Assembly: GCA_902805555.1 (NCBI GenBank)
Contig: CADCSY010000092.1
Location: forward strand, 14,048-78,047
Direction of reading: 5' to 3'
Length of the DNA: 64,000 nt
Source: an uncultured Acidimicrobiales bacterium
GTDB lineage: Bacteria; Actinomycetota; Acidimicrobiia; Acidimicrobiales; CADCSY01
Shown here: positions 1 to 9,624 of the stretch, piece by piece
How the letters are laid out: the number at the start of each line of letters is the position of its first letter
Numbering within the stretch: position 1 is the first letter of the stretch
Notes under the pieces: model-generated
What the model was told of the DNA's origin: nothing
What the model saw: only the letters and a program-made list of their open reading frames with translations
The model's database searches: none
Program-made: the position numbers and the translations under genes

Positions 1-263
1 ACCGGGTGCGCGAGGGCCTCCAGCGCCGCTGCGACGAGGACGGCACCACAGTGCTCGTCACCAGCCACGACATGGACGAGGTGGAGCGGCTCTGCACCCG
101 CGTCGTGTTCCTGGCCGGCGGGCGCATCGTGGCGGACGGGTCCCCCGCCGAGGTGGCCGCCACCGCCGGGACCGGCGACCTCACGGGCTACTTCCTCCAC
201 CTGGCGGCCGAGCGCGACCGCCTCGCGGCCCTCGATCGCGACGCGCCCGTGGCCGGCCGGTGA
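1..263 (+). CDS. ABC transporter ATP-binding protein, C-terminal part (truncated by window edge)
   Basis: H-loop region TVLVTSHDMDEVERLCTRVVFL; stop overlaps the permease start (GTGA). Confidence 0.85.
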   Translation, partial: RVREGLQRRCDEDGTTVLVTSHDMDEVERLCTRVVFLAGGRIVADGSPAEVAATAGTGDLTGYFLHLAAERDRLAALDRDAPVAGR

Positions 264-1117
264 CGACGCTGGACGCGGCAGCATCGGAGGGGGTGTCGCG
301 CCCGGTGCTCCTCACCGGCCGGCGCGCCTCGTGGCTCCGCATCCTGGCCATCAGCCGGCGCCACGCCTACGTCCTCTGGCGCAGCCCGCACCGCTTCTTC
401 GACATCGCGTTCTGGCCGGTCGTCGACGTGCTCCTCTGGGGTTCGCTCGGCGTGTTCGTCAGCACCCAGACCGCAGATGCCGACCGTGCCGGGGCCACCT
501 ACCTGCTCGCAGGGATCGTCCTGTTCCACGTCCTGTTCCAGAGCCACATCAGCGTGGCCACCGGCTTCCTCGAGGAGACCTGGTCACGCAACGTCTTGAA
601 CCTCATGGTCACGCCCCTGCGCGAGCTCGAGTACGCAGCAGGCGTCGCACTCTTCGGGCTGGTGAAGCTCGTCATGGCGATGGGCGTCGTGACGGGCACC
701 GCGGTCGTCGGCTACTCCTTCGACCCCGGCGCCCTCGGCTGGGGCGTGATCCCCATCGCCGCCGTCCTGCTGGCCACGGGCTGGGCCGTCTCGCTCTTCG
801 TGATCGGCATGGTCCTGCGCTTCGGGCAGAGCGCCGAGATCATGGCGTGGGCGATCATCTTCCTGATGCTCTCGCTGTCGGGCGCCTTCTACCCGATCGA
901 GGCCCTCCCCGGCCTGCTGCAGCCCCTCGGCGCCGCGCTGCCGACGACCTACGCGTTCGAGGCGATGCGGGCCATCCTCGACGGGGAGCCGATGCCGTGG
1001 GGCGTGCTCGGCATCGCCGCAGCCATGACCGTCGTCATGGCCATCGCCGGCGTCGCCTTCGCCGCCCACATGCTCCGGGTCTTCCGCCGGGGCGGCTACG
1101 TGACGCGGTTCTCCTAG
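260..1117 (+). CDS. ABC-2 type transporter permease
   Basis: About six hydrophobic segments, SGAFYPIEALP...LPTTY motif, coupled to the ATPase. Confidence 0.85.
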   Translation: MTTLDAAASEGVSRPVLLTGRRASWLRILAISRRHAYVLWRSPHRFFDIAFWPVVDVLLWGSLGVFVSTQTADADRAGATYLLAGIVLFHVLFQSHISVATGFLEETWSRNVLNLMVTPLRELEYAAGVALFGLVKLVMAMGVVTGTAVVGYSFDPGALGWGVIPIAAVLLATGWAVSLFVIGMVLRFGQSAEIMAWAIIFLMLSLSGAFYPIEALPGLLQPLGAALPTTYAFEAMRAILDGEPMPWGVLGIAAAMTVVMAIAGVAFAAHMLRVFRRGGYVTRFS

Positions 1118-1986
1118 GCCAGGAGGACCGCAGCGACCAGGCAGGCGGCGGCCATGCCCGCCACCGCCGCCAGGCCCAGCGCCTCCTGTGACCTGCCCTT
1201 CCGGTCGGTCGCGAAGAGCACGGCCCCGGCTGCCGCACCGACGGCGAGCCCGCCCAGGTGGGCGCCGATGCTGATGCCCGGCAGCGTGAAGGTGAGGAGC
1301 AGGTTGATGCCGAGGAGCATCGGCAACCCGCTCGCCATGGGGTCGGCGCCACGAGCCTTCATCCCGATCACGGCCGCGCCCATCAGACCGAAGACCGCGC
1401 CGGAGGCGCCGGCGCTCAGGCTGTCCGGCTGGAGGAGGATCACGCCGAGGGAGCCGCCGAGCAGGGCGGCCATGTAGAGGGCGGCCAGGCGGACCCGGCC
1501 GAGCGCAGGTTCGAGCAGCGTGCCCAGCTGGAAGAGGATGAACATGTTGAAGCCGAGGTGGAGCAGGCCGTAGTGCAGGAACCCGCTCGTGACGAGGCGC
1601 CACCACTGGCCGTCCGCGACCGCCCCGCCGTTCAGCGCGTAGTCGCCGGCCAGGGCGTTGCCGCCCCCGAACAGCGAGGGGGCGCTCCCGTCGGCTGCGC
1701 CCACCACCAGCGCCAGGACGGCCACCGCCACGTTGACGACGATGATCCCCTGGGTCAGGCGGGGAGTGGAGACGAGCGAGCGCAACGTCCGGACCTGCGG
1801 CCCACCCTTGACGCACGAGGGGCACTGGAACCCCACGGGAGCCGAGATCATGCAGTCGGGGCAGATCGGCCGCTCGCAGCGGGTGCAGCGGACGCCGCTC
1901 GACCGCCCGGGGTGGCGGTAGCACGCCCACTCGTTCGCGCCGGTCGGCGCCCCCTCGCCCGGGACGGCCCCCTCAGACGTCGCCAT
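1114..1986 (-). CDS. Rhomboid intramembrane serine protease with N-terminal B-box-like zinc finger
   Basis: CYRHP...CTRCERPICPDC...CPSC N-terminus; WRLVTSGFLH, HLGFNM, GASGA (catalytic Ser), AHLGG (catalytic His). Confidence 0.92.
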   Translation of the reverse strand: MATSEGAVPGEGAPTGANEWACYRHPGRSSGVRCTRCERPICPDCMISAPVGFQCPSCVKGGPQVRTLRSLVSTPRLTQGIIVVNVAVAVLALVVGAADGSAPSLFGGGNALAGDYALNGGAVADGQWWRLVTSGFLHYGLLHLGFNMFILFQLGTLLEPALGRVRLAALYMAALLGGSLGVILLQPDSLSAGASGAVFGLMGAAVIGMKARGADPMASGLPMLLGINLLLTFTLPGISIGAHLGGLAVGAAAGAVLFATDRKGRSQEALGLAAVAGMAAACLVAAVLLA

Positions 1987-2061
1987 CGAGGCCCGCCTCC
2001 CGGGCGGGCTGCCCGCTCAGGACCTGCCCGTCCGTGACCTGTCTGCTCACGACGTGTCCGC

Positions 2062-3264
2062 TCATGAGCTGCCCGCTCCTGACCCGGCGCCGCCGAGCTG
2101 TGGCGGGCGGCCGGTGAGCCGCCCCATCAGCTCGTGCCCGGGCACGGCCGTGGCCCCTGCCGTGGCCGCCTCGGTGTAGCGGCCGCCGGGGCCGGAGGTG
2201 GCGCTGTCGACGAGCAACCACGGCACCGTGTCCATCGTGTGGGTCTTCTTCGCCACCGGCGTGGCGTGGTCCGGGAGGAGCAGCAGGCGCCACGGGCCGA
2301 GGTCGTCGAGCCCCTCGACGAGCGGTGCGAGGATGCGCCGGTCCCACGCCTCGAGGGCCTTCACCTTCTCGTCGAGGTCGCCGGCGTGGCCGGCCTCGTC
2401 GGTCGCCTCCACGTGGATCACGAAGAGCTCCGCGCCGCCGGCCAGCGCGGCGAGCGCGGCGTCCCGCTTCCCCTCGTAGCTCGTGTCGTACCAGCCGGTG
2501 GCGCCCTCCACCTCGACGACGTCGATGTCGGTGAGGACGCCGAGCCCCCGGATGAGGTCGACGGCGGTGCACAGGCCCGCCCGCAGGCCGTAGGCGTCGG
2601 CGAAGCGGGGCATGACCGGTTGCGAGCCCTGGCCCCACAACCACACCTGGCTCGCTGACGGGAGGAGGTTCGGGACGATCTCCCTGCTCGCGTCCATCAG
2701 GGCCTGGAGCTTCGGTGCCGACGGCCCCGTCGGGGCGACCACCGCCTTGTCCGACAGGTCGTGGGGCGGCGCACAGGTGGCGTCGGCCCAGTCCCTGGGG
2801 GCGACGAGGATGTGGCGGTACTGGAAGCCGGGGTGGAACGACACGCCGTCGGAGCCGAGCTCGGCGTCGAGCGCCTCGATCACCTTCGTGGCGTCCTCCG
2901 TCCTGGGGTGCCCGCCGGCGAAGTCGAGCATCGTCCCGTCCTCGCCGACCCGGACGAGGTTGCAGCGGAACGCGACCTGCTCGGGGGTGAGGCGCAGGCC
3001 GAGGGCCGCCGCCTCGATGGGCGCCCGTCCCGTGTGGAACCGGCGCGGGTCGTAGCCGAGGATGCTCATGTTCCCCACGTCGCTGCCGGGTGGCATCCCG
3101 TCGGGGATGACCGCGGCCCTCCCCACCTCGCCCCTGGCAGCCAGGGCGGCGAAGGTCGGGAGGTCGGCTGCCTCGAGGGGGGTCCGGCCGCCGAGCTCGG
3201 CCAGCGGCTCGTCGGCACAGCCGTCCGGCACGCAGACCACGTACTTCGGCGTCCCCGCAGTCAT
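2062..3264 (-). CDS. Cofactor-independent phosphoglycerate mutase family (ApgM-like; proposed homoserine kinase subfamily)
   Basis: VPDGCADEP...GRTPLEAA, PGSDVGNMSILGYDP, TGRAPIEA, HVEATDEAGH, PDHATP; ATG at 3264. Confidence 0.85.
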   Translation of the reverse strand: MTAGTPKYVVCVPDGCADEPLAELGGRTPLEAADLPTFAALAARGEVGRAAVIPDGMPPGSDVGNMSILGYDPRRFHTGRAPIEAAALGLRLTPEQVAFRCNLVRVGEDGTMLDFAGGHPRTEDATKVIEALDAELGSDGVSFHPGFQYRHILVAPRDWADATCAPPHDLSDKAVVAPTGPSAPKLQALMDASREIVPNLLPSASQVWLWGQGSQPVMPRFADAYGLRAGLCTAVDLIRGLGVLTDIDVVEVEGATGWYDTSYEGKRDAALAALAGGAELFVIHVEATDEAGHAGDLDEKVKALEAWDRRILAPLVEGLDDLGPWRLLLLPDHATPVAKKTHTMDTVPWLLVDSATSGPGGRYTEAATAGATAVPGHELMGRLTGRPPQLGGAGSGAGSS

Positions 3265-3349
3265 GGCCCGAGGGTACGCGGACCGTTGCCACCTTCCGGT
3301 GCGCGCGGCGGAGCCAGGGGAGCCGGCCCGGCACCGGCCCGGGCCCTGC

Positions 3350-4300
3350 TCACGGCCACCGCAGGAGGCGCCGCAGCCAGGCCAGCGCCACCGCACCCTG
3401 GGCCTGCTGGAACGACCGCAGGGTGGGCAGCCCCGGCGGGTCCGGCAGCCGGCCTCGCTCGGCGAAGTACCCGGCCAGTGCCGCGACCAGGGGCGCCAGC
3501 TGCCGGTCGTCGAGCCGGAGGCCGGCGAGACGGAGGACGTGCTCCGGGCTCCCCCCGCCCTCGAGCTCGACGGAGGGGAGCATGGCCACCACGTCGAACC
3601 AACCGGCCCCCACGCACGTGCTCGTCCAGTCGACGAAGACGACGTCGGCAGCGCCCGGCAGCTGGCCGTCGCGCGGCACGAGCAGGACGTTGTCGCTCCG
3701 GACGTCACCGTGCACGAGGGACGACCCGGCCGTCGCCTCCTCCCAGCCCGCCTCCAGGTCGGCGAGGCGTTCGAGGTTGCGCCGTGACCAGTCCTCGGCC
3801 ACGGCGTCGGGCCCCTCGGCCGCCAGCGTGCGCCACCCCCTGAACACCGGCCCGTAGTGCCCGGCGACCGTCGGCAGCGAGCTCGCCGGCTCGAGCTCGC
3901 CGATCGCGAGCGTCGCCCGCAGCACCGACCGCAGCTCGGCCTCGTCCCACGGCACCGCCGGGTGCACGCCCGGCACCTCCTCGAACACGAGGGCCACCCA
4001 GTCCCCCTCGTCCACGACGTGCAGCAGCGCAGGGGCTGGCGCACCTTCGGGGAGGTCGGCCACGACCGTCACCTCACGCCGGACCATCGCCGGGGTGTGC
4101 GGGTTCTGGTCGGCGGCCACGCCCTTGACGAACACCCGTCGCCCGTCCGCCAGCTCGCAGCGGGCTGCGAGCCCCGGGCCGTACCCGCCCTGCTGGCCCA
4201 CCGCCAGGCGCACCGGGCTGCCCAGCACGGCCTCGAGGCGGCTGCGCCGGTCGGGACGCACCTCGTCCCACTGCAACCGGTGTCCCGCCGACCTCGCCAC
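3350..4300 (-). CDS. Aminoglycoside phosphotransferase/choline kinase-like phosphotransferase
   Basis: VFVK lysine, HGDVRSDNVL catalytic loop, FVDW; GTG start at 4300 inferred from the C-terminal part of ORF 3350..5176. Confidence 0.8.
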   Translation of the reverse strand: MARSAGHRLQWDEVRPDRRSRLEAVLGSPVRLAVGQQGGYGPGLAARCELADGRRVFVKGVAADQNPHTPAMVRREVTVVADLPEGAPAPALLHVVDEGDWVALVFEEVPGVHPAVPWDEAELRSVLRATLAIGELEPASSLPTVAGHYGPVFRGWRTLAAEGPDAVAEDWSRRNLERLADLEAGWEEATAGSSLVHGDVRSDNVLLVPRDGQLPGAADVVFVDWTSTCVGAGWFDVVAMLPSVELEGGGSPEHVLRLAGLRLDDRQLAPLVAALAGYFAERGRLPDPPGLPTLRSFQQAQGAVALAWLRRLLRWP

Positions 4301-4359
4301 CCCGGGATGCTGCTCGCAGCACGGTGCCGGAGCCACCGGGTTCCCGGCGGCTGACCGGT

Positions 4360-5109
4360 TCAGTCGAGCGGCTGCAGCCAGAAGGAGTACTCGGTCGCCC
4401 CCTCGTCGGCAACGCCGCCGGTGTCGTCGAGGACGAGCGCCGTGCGCAGGCCGGCGGCGGCGGCCAGCTCTCTGAACGTCGTCTGGCTGTACCAGTGCAG
4501 GGTCCAGGTGCGCTCCACCGCGGTGGTGTCGCCGTCGGAGGTCCGCTCGTAGCGCAGGACCGTGTGCTGGCGGCGGCCCGCCTCGTCGTGCTCCTGGGAG
4601 ACGGCGGTGAAGCGGATGACGGAGCCATCCGGCTCGAGGGCCTCGCGAGGCCGCCCCAGTGCCCCCGCAGGGGTGGGCTCCGGCTCGAAGAGCGGGATCA
4701 GCGCGCCGCCCCCGTCGTGGAGGTGGGCGCGGATCCGCTCGAGCGCGGAGGTGGCGACGGCGTCGTCGGGCAGGAGGTTGAACGTCGGCCCGGCCAGGAA
4801 GATCGTGCGGTACCGGCGGGGCAGGTCGAGCGCCTCCATCCGCTGGTGGTGCACCACGACCTCGACCTGCTGCTCGGCGGCGCGCCGCCGGCAGCGCTCG
4901 AGCATGTCGGCGGAGGAGTCGACGCCCTCGACGTCGATGCCCCGCCGCCGCAGCTCGAGGAGCGGGTCCCCGTCGCCGCACCCCAGCTCCAGCGCAGGTT
5001 CGCCGACGGCCCCGATGAACCGGGCGTAGGGGTCCGGGTCCGGGACGGTCGAGCGCAGGGGGGCGTAGAGGTCGGCGACGATGCCCGTGTAGAAGAGCGC
5101 CGGATCCAC
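4360..5109 (-). CDS. Class I SAM-dependent methyltransferase
   Basis: ALELGCGDG motif I; GVDSSADML. Confidence 0.85.
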   Translation of the reverse strand: MDPALFYTGIVADLYAPLRSTVPDPDPYARFIGAVGEPALELGCGDGDPLLELRRRGIDVEGVDSSADMLERCRRRAAEQQVEVVVHHQRMEALDLPRRYRTIFLAGPTFNLLPDDAVATSALERIRAHLHDGGGALIPLFEPEPTPAGALGRPREALEPDGSVIRFTAVSQEHDEAGRRQHTVLRYERTSDGDTTAVERTWTLHWYSQTTFRELAAAAGLRTALVLDDTGGVADEGATEYSFWLQPLD

Positions 5110-5193
5110 CGCGCGACGCTCTCAGGTCGCGCCGTCCGGGCGGGGCACCCCTCCGCGACAGCACCAGCGCCACCATGGCGTAGAACCTGCCAG

Positions 5194-5595
5194 GTGAACG
5201 AGGACGTCGGTGAGGGAGGCGCTGCGGATCCCGGTGGCGACCCCGGTCTCGTGCTGGCGCTCGAGCGCGAGCGCACCGTCGCGCAGATCCACGCCCTCAC
5301 GTCCGACTTCGACAGCATCGTGGAGTCCTGCGAGTCGGACGCCTACGACGACGAGCACGACCCCGAGGGCCACACCATCGCCTACGAGCGCCAGCAGGTC
5401 GCTGCGCTGCTGCGCGAGGCCAGGTCCCACCTCGACCAGCTGGACCTCGCCGCCGACCGGCTGGAGGCCGGCACCTACGGGAGGTGCGAGGTGTGCAGCG
5501 GGGCCATCACGGCGGCCCGGCTCGCCACCCGCCCGGCGGCATCCACGTGCGTGGCGTGCGCAGGTCGCGGCGGATCGGTGCTCCGCTCGGGCTGA
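5194..5595 (+). CDS. TraR/DksA C4-type zinc finger protein
   Basis: Coiled coil with acidic DDEHDPEG tip, then GTYGRCEVC...RLATRPAASTCVAC. Confidence 0.85.
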   Translation: MNEDVGEGGAADPGGDPGLVLALERERTVAQIHALTSDFDSIVESCESDAYDDEHDPEGHTIAYERQQVAALLREARSHLDQLDLAADRLEAGTYGRCEVCSGAITAARLATRPAASTCVACAGRGGSVLRSG

Positions 5596-5798
5596 TCGCG
5601 CCGGCGAGGCCGCGCCTGCGCTCGGCACCGACGGCTGAGCCGGGGCTGGCCCCACCGGTCCGCCAGGTGGAGCGCAGGCCGCGCCTGCCTCCACCGTCCA
5701 CCCCGCACGTCGTCGACGACGCCCGCATGCGCAGCGGTCCGTCCCTCCGGCCGAGAAGCGGCCTCGATGGAGGCTGGACCGGGTGCTCTACTTCGGGG

Positions 5799-6479
5799 AT
5801 GGACCTGACGAAGACGGGGTTCGACGACGACGCCCGGGTGGTCGTCGAGCAGCACGGGAACGAGCAGTGGATCGTCTGGGAGTCGTTCCGCTACAAGGCG
5901 GCGGACGACGTCTACACGGTGCCGAGGGGCATGTGCACGGACTTCGCGTCGGTGCCGAGGCCCTTCGTCTGGTACCTGCCCCGCTACGGGCCGTACACGC
6001 TGGCGGCGATCCTGCACGACCACCTGTGGCGGAACCTGGCCGCCAAACGTTGCCTCCGCTACACCGACGCCGACGGCATCTTCCGTCGCGCCATGCGGGA
6101 GCTGCAGGTTCCCTTCCTCCACCGCTGGCTCATGTGGGGGGCGGTGCGCTGGGGCGCCCTCCTCAAGCCCCATGGCCGGAAGGGCTGGGCCGCCGACGCA
6201 CCTCGCGTCCTCCTGCTCACCCTGGTGGCCCTGCCGATCATGGCTGCTCCGGTGGCGGCCATCCTCGCTGCGATGGTGCAGCTGTACGCACTCGAGCTGC
6301 TGCTGTGGGTGCCGCTCCGGGTCCACGCGTGGTGGGTGCGGCTCCGGGGCGGCGTGCCCGAGAAGGAGGTCGTCCGACCCCGCCTCGAGCTGCGGCTGCA
6401 GGGCGGGCGGGCCGATGACTGCCCGCCGGCGGGTTGGGTCGGCGAGCTCGCCCCCGACCTCAGACCGGCACGCGGCTGA
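5799..6479 (+). CDS. DUF1353 domain-containing membrane protein
   Basis: VPRGMCTDFASVPR, AAILHDHLW, DADGIFRRAM, MWGAVRW; C-terminal hydrophobic segments. Confidence 0.75.
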   Translation: MDLTKTGFDDDARVVVEQHGNEQWIVWESFRYKAADDVYTVPRGMCTDFASVPRPFVWYLPRYGPYTLAAILHDHLWRNLAAKRCLRYTDADGIFRRAMRELQVPFLHRWLMWGAVRWGALLKPHGRKGWAADAPRVLLLTLVALPIMAAPVAAILAAMVQLYALELLLWVPLRVHAWWVRLRGGVPEKEVVRPRLELRLQGGRADDCPPAGWVGELAPDLRPARG

Positions 6480-7878
6480 CGTCGGACACGAACGACTGCA
6501 CGGCGGCCAGGTCGTTCGGCAGCGAGACGAGGCGCTCGGGGCGCTCGAAGAGGTCGGCCAGGTGCTCGGGCAACCCGGGCCGGACGCCCGTCGCCGCCTC
6601 CACCGCGTCCGGGAACTTGGCGGGATGGGCGGTGGCGGCCACGACCATGGGCACGTCGGGGTTGAGCCGGGCCTCACGGGCGGCGGCGAGGCCGATGGCG
6701 CTGTGCGGGTCGAGCACGACGCCGTGCCGCTCGTGCACGTCCTTCATGCACGCCGCCACCTCGCCGTCGTCGAAGCGGGCGCTGTCGAACAGCGAGCGCA
6801 GCTCGTTCATCGCCGTCGCGTGGAGCGACATCGATCCCGTGGCCCGGAACTGGCTGAGCTGGGCCGCCACGAGGTGGCCGTTGCGCTCGTCGAGCTCGAA
6901 GAGCAGCCGCTCGAAGTTGCTCGACACCTGGATGTCCATGCTCGGGCTCGTGGTGGGCACGACCTCGCGCATCTCCATGTCGCCCCGCTGGAGGAAGCGG
7001 TGGAGGATGTCGTTGGTGTTGCTCCCGATCACGAGCTGGTCGACCGGGGCGCCCATGCGCGAGGCGGCGTAGGCGGCGAAGACGTTGCCGAAGTTGCCGG
7101 TCGGCACCGCGAAGGCGACCGGGTCGGCACCGCCGCCGAGGCGGCGCACCGCAGCCACGTAGTAGACGACCTGTGTGACGATCCGGGCCCAGTTGATGGA
7201 GTTGACCGCCGAGAGCCGCAGCCGGTCCCGGAACGCGATGTCGTTGAACATGGCCTTGACGAGGTCCTGGCAGTCGTCGAAGTCGCCGTCGACGGCGACG
7301 TTGTGCACGTTGGGGGCCGTGACGGTCGTCATCTGCCGCCGCTGCACCTCGGAGACCCGACCGGCGGGGTGGAGGATGACGATGTCGAGCGACTCCCGGT
7401 CCCGGCACGCCTCGATGGCGGCCGACCCGGTGTCCCCCGAGGTCGCGCCGACGATGGTGAGGCGTTCGCCCCGGGCCGACAGCACGTGGTCGAAGAGCCG
7501 GCCGACCAGCTGGAGCGCGAGGTCCTTGAACGCGAGCGTCGGCCCGTGGAACAGCTCGAGCAGCCACGTGCCGTCGTCGCCGAGGGGGACCAGCGGGACG
7601 ACGCCGGGGTGCCGGAACGAGGCGTAGGCGTCGGCGCACATGCGGTCGAGGTCGTCCCGGGTGACGCTCCCCCCGGCCACGAACGGCCAGAGCACCTCGG
7701 CGGCGAGGGTCGCGTAGGGCACGTCCCCCGCCAGCCCCCAGACGTCCGGGCCGAGCTGCGGCCAGGCATCCGGCACGTAGAGGCCGCCGTCGCGGGCGAG
7801 GCCGCTCAGCAGCACGTCGTCGAAGCCGAGCTCCGGGGCGGTGCCCCGCGTGCTGACGTAGCTGACGGGCTCCGTCAT
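6460..7878 (-). CDS. thrC: Threonine synthase
   Basis: YVSTRG, GLARDGGLYVP, LELFHGPTLAFKD (PLP Lys), ATSGDTG, NSINWAR, PTGNFGN. Confidence 0.97.
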   Translation of the reverse strand: MTEPVSYVSTRGTAPELGFDDVLLSGLARDGGLYVPDAWPQLGPDVWGLAGDVPYATLAAEVLWPFVAGGSVTRDDLDRMCADAYASFRHPGVVPLVPLGDDGTWLLELFHGPTLAFKDLALQLVGRLFDHVLSARGERLTIVGATSGDTGSAAIEACRDRESLDIVILHPAGRVSEVQRRQMTTVTAPNVHNVAVDGDFDDCQDLVKAMFNDIAFRDRLRLSAVNSINWARIVTQVVYYVAAVRRLGGGADPVAFAVPTGNFGNVFAAYAASRMGAPVDQLVIGSNTNDILHRFLQRGDMEMREVVPTTSPSMDIQVSSNFERLLFELDERNGHLVAAQLSQFRATGSMSLHATAMNELRSLFDSARFDDGEVAACMKDVHERHGVVLDPHSAIGLAAAREARLNPDVPMVVAATAHPAKFPDAVEAATGVRPGLPEHLADLFERPERLVSLPNDLAAVQSFVSDVSRVPV

Positions 7879-9182
7879 GTGCCGGCGCCGACCACCCGCA
7901 GCATGCTGGTGATGCGGTCCACCACGTCGAGCTCGCGCAGGTCGCGGAGCGTCGCCTGGATGGCGGACTCGGGCGCCTCGTGCGTGATGAAGATGATCCG
8001 AGCCTCACCGCCGGGTCCGTCGTCCGCCACCAGCTCCTGCTCCATCGAGCCGATCGACACGTCGTGCTCGGCGAACACGCCGGACACGGTGTGCAGCACA
8101 CCGGGCCGGTCGAGCACCTCGAGGTGCAGGTAGTAGCGCGAGCGGACCTCGTCCATCGGCCGGATGGTGGCCCGGGGCAGCAGGCCGAGCGTGGCAGCCG
8201 TGCCCTTGCGGAGGTTGCCGGCGGCATCGATGACGTCGCCGAGGACCGCGCTGGCCGTGGGCGGGCCACCGGCTCCCCGGCCGTAGAACATGAGCTCGCC
8301 GACGGCCTCGCCCTCGACGAACACGGCGTTGAAGCTGTCCCTGACCGTCGCCAGGGGGTGGCTGAGCGGGACCATCGCCGGGTGGACGCGGACCGCGACC
8401 CGCTGGTCCGGCCCCTGCTCGGCCACCGCCAGGAGCTTGATGACGTAGCCGAGCCTGGCGGCGACCGCCACGTCAGCGGGCGTCACGTCGGAGATGCCCT
8501 CGTGGTACACGTCCCCGGCCACGACGTGGGCCCCGAAGGCGATCGTGGCGATGATGGCGGCCTTCGCGCCCGAGTCGTAGCCCTCGACGTCGGCGGTCGG
8601 GTCCCGCTCCGCGTAGCCGAGGCCCTGCGCCTCGGCGAGGGCCTCCCCGTAGGCGGCACCGGCCTCGGTCATGCGGGTGAGGATGTAGTTGGTCGTCCCG
8701 TTCACGATCCCGGTGGCGCGGTGGATGTGCTCCCCCGCGAGCGACTCGCGGAGGGGGCGGACGAGGGGGATCCCGCCGGCGACCGCCGCCTCGAAGAGCA
8801 GGTCCACCCCGGCTGCGTCAGCCGCCCCGAACAGCTCGGCTGCGGTGTTGGCCACGAGCTCCTTGTTCGCGGTGACCACCGGCTTGCCGCCCTTCAGCGC
8901 ATCGAGCACGAAGGTGCGGGCCGGCTCGATGCCCCCGATGGCCTCGACCACGAGGTCCACGTCGGGGTCGGCGACGACGTCGGCCGCGTCGTGGGTGAAG
9001 CACGACTGCGGGAGGTCGACGGGGCGGTCCTTGCCGAGGTTGCGCACGGCCACCCGCGCGACCTGGAGCCGGAGGCCGGTCCTGCGCTCGATGGCGTCTC
9101 CCTGCGCGGCGACGAGCGTGACGAGGGCGGCGCCGACGTTGCCGCAGCCCAGCAGCCCGATGCGGATGGGGGACGGTGCCAC
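7875..9182 (-). CDS. hom: Homoserine dehydrogenase with C-terminal ACT domain
   Basis: GLLGCGNVG, VTANK, FEAAVAGGIP, GIVNGTTNYIL, GYAERDPTADVEG. Confidence 0.96.
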   Translation of the reverse strand: MAPSPIRIGLLGCGNVGAALVTLVAAQGDAIERRTGLRLQVARVAVRNLGKDRPVDLPQSCFTHDAADVVADPDVDLVVEAIGGIEPARTFVLDALKGGKPVVTANKELVANTAAELFGAADAAGVDLLFEAAVAGGIPLVRPLRESLAGEHIHRATGIVNGTTNYILTRMTEAGAAYGEALAEAQGLGYAERDPTADVEGYDSGAKAAIIATIAFGAHVVAGDVYHEGISDVTPADVAVAARLGYVIKLLAVAEQGPDQRVAVRVHPAMVPLSHPLATVRDSFNAVFVEGEAVGELMFYGRGAGGPPTASAVLGDVIDAAGNLRKGTAATLGLLPRATIRPMDEVRSRYYLHLEVLDRPGVLHTVSGVFAEHDVSIGSMEQELVADDGPGGEARIIFITHEAPESAIQATLRDLRELDVVDRITSMLRVVGAGT

Positions 9183-9224
9183 CCGTCCACGGTACCGGGC
9201 GCCCGCTCCCGGCCCGAAGCCGGA

Positions 9225-9527
9225 TCAGGGCTCCGTGCCCTCCGGGGACCCGGGGCCGCCCGGGCGTCGCTGCTCCGCCTCGAGCGCCTCCCGCAGCCGG
9301 CGTTGCCGCGCCTCGTGGGCCGCCAGCGCGGCCGGCTGGGCCTCGCCCTGGCGGACGCCGACCACCCCGAGCCCGACGAGCAGGACGGCCACCAGCAGCG
9401 CCACCGCCACGCCGATCGCCACGCTCCCGGTGAGCGCGAGGACGACGCCGCCGAGGAGGAGGGCGCAGACGATCCCGACGGTGGCCACCGCCCGGAAGCG
9501 CGCCCGCACCGACCGGTCGCCGGTCAC
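9225..9527 (-). CDS. Small hypothetical membrane protein (2 TM)
   Basis: Two hydrophobic helices; fills the gap between lysA and hom on the same strand. Confidence 0.55.
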   Translation of the reverse strand: MTGDRSVRARFRAVATVGIVCALLLGGVVLALTGSVAIGVAVALLVAVLLVGLGVVGVRQGEAQPAALAAHEARQRRLREALEAEQRRPGGPGSPEGTEP

Positions 9528-9624
9528 GTCCCCGCCGCGCCCTGCGGCCGGGCGCTCCGGCCCCGATCGCTGCGCTGCCTCGTCGTCCGCTCGGGGTGCC
9601 AGGACGGGCCGATGGCCGCTCGGC

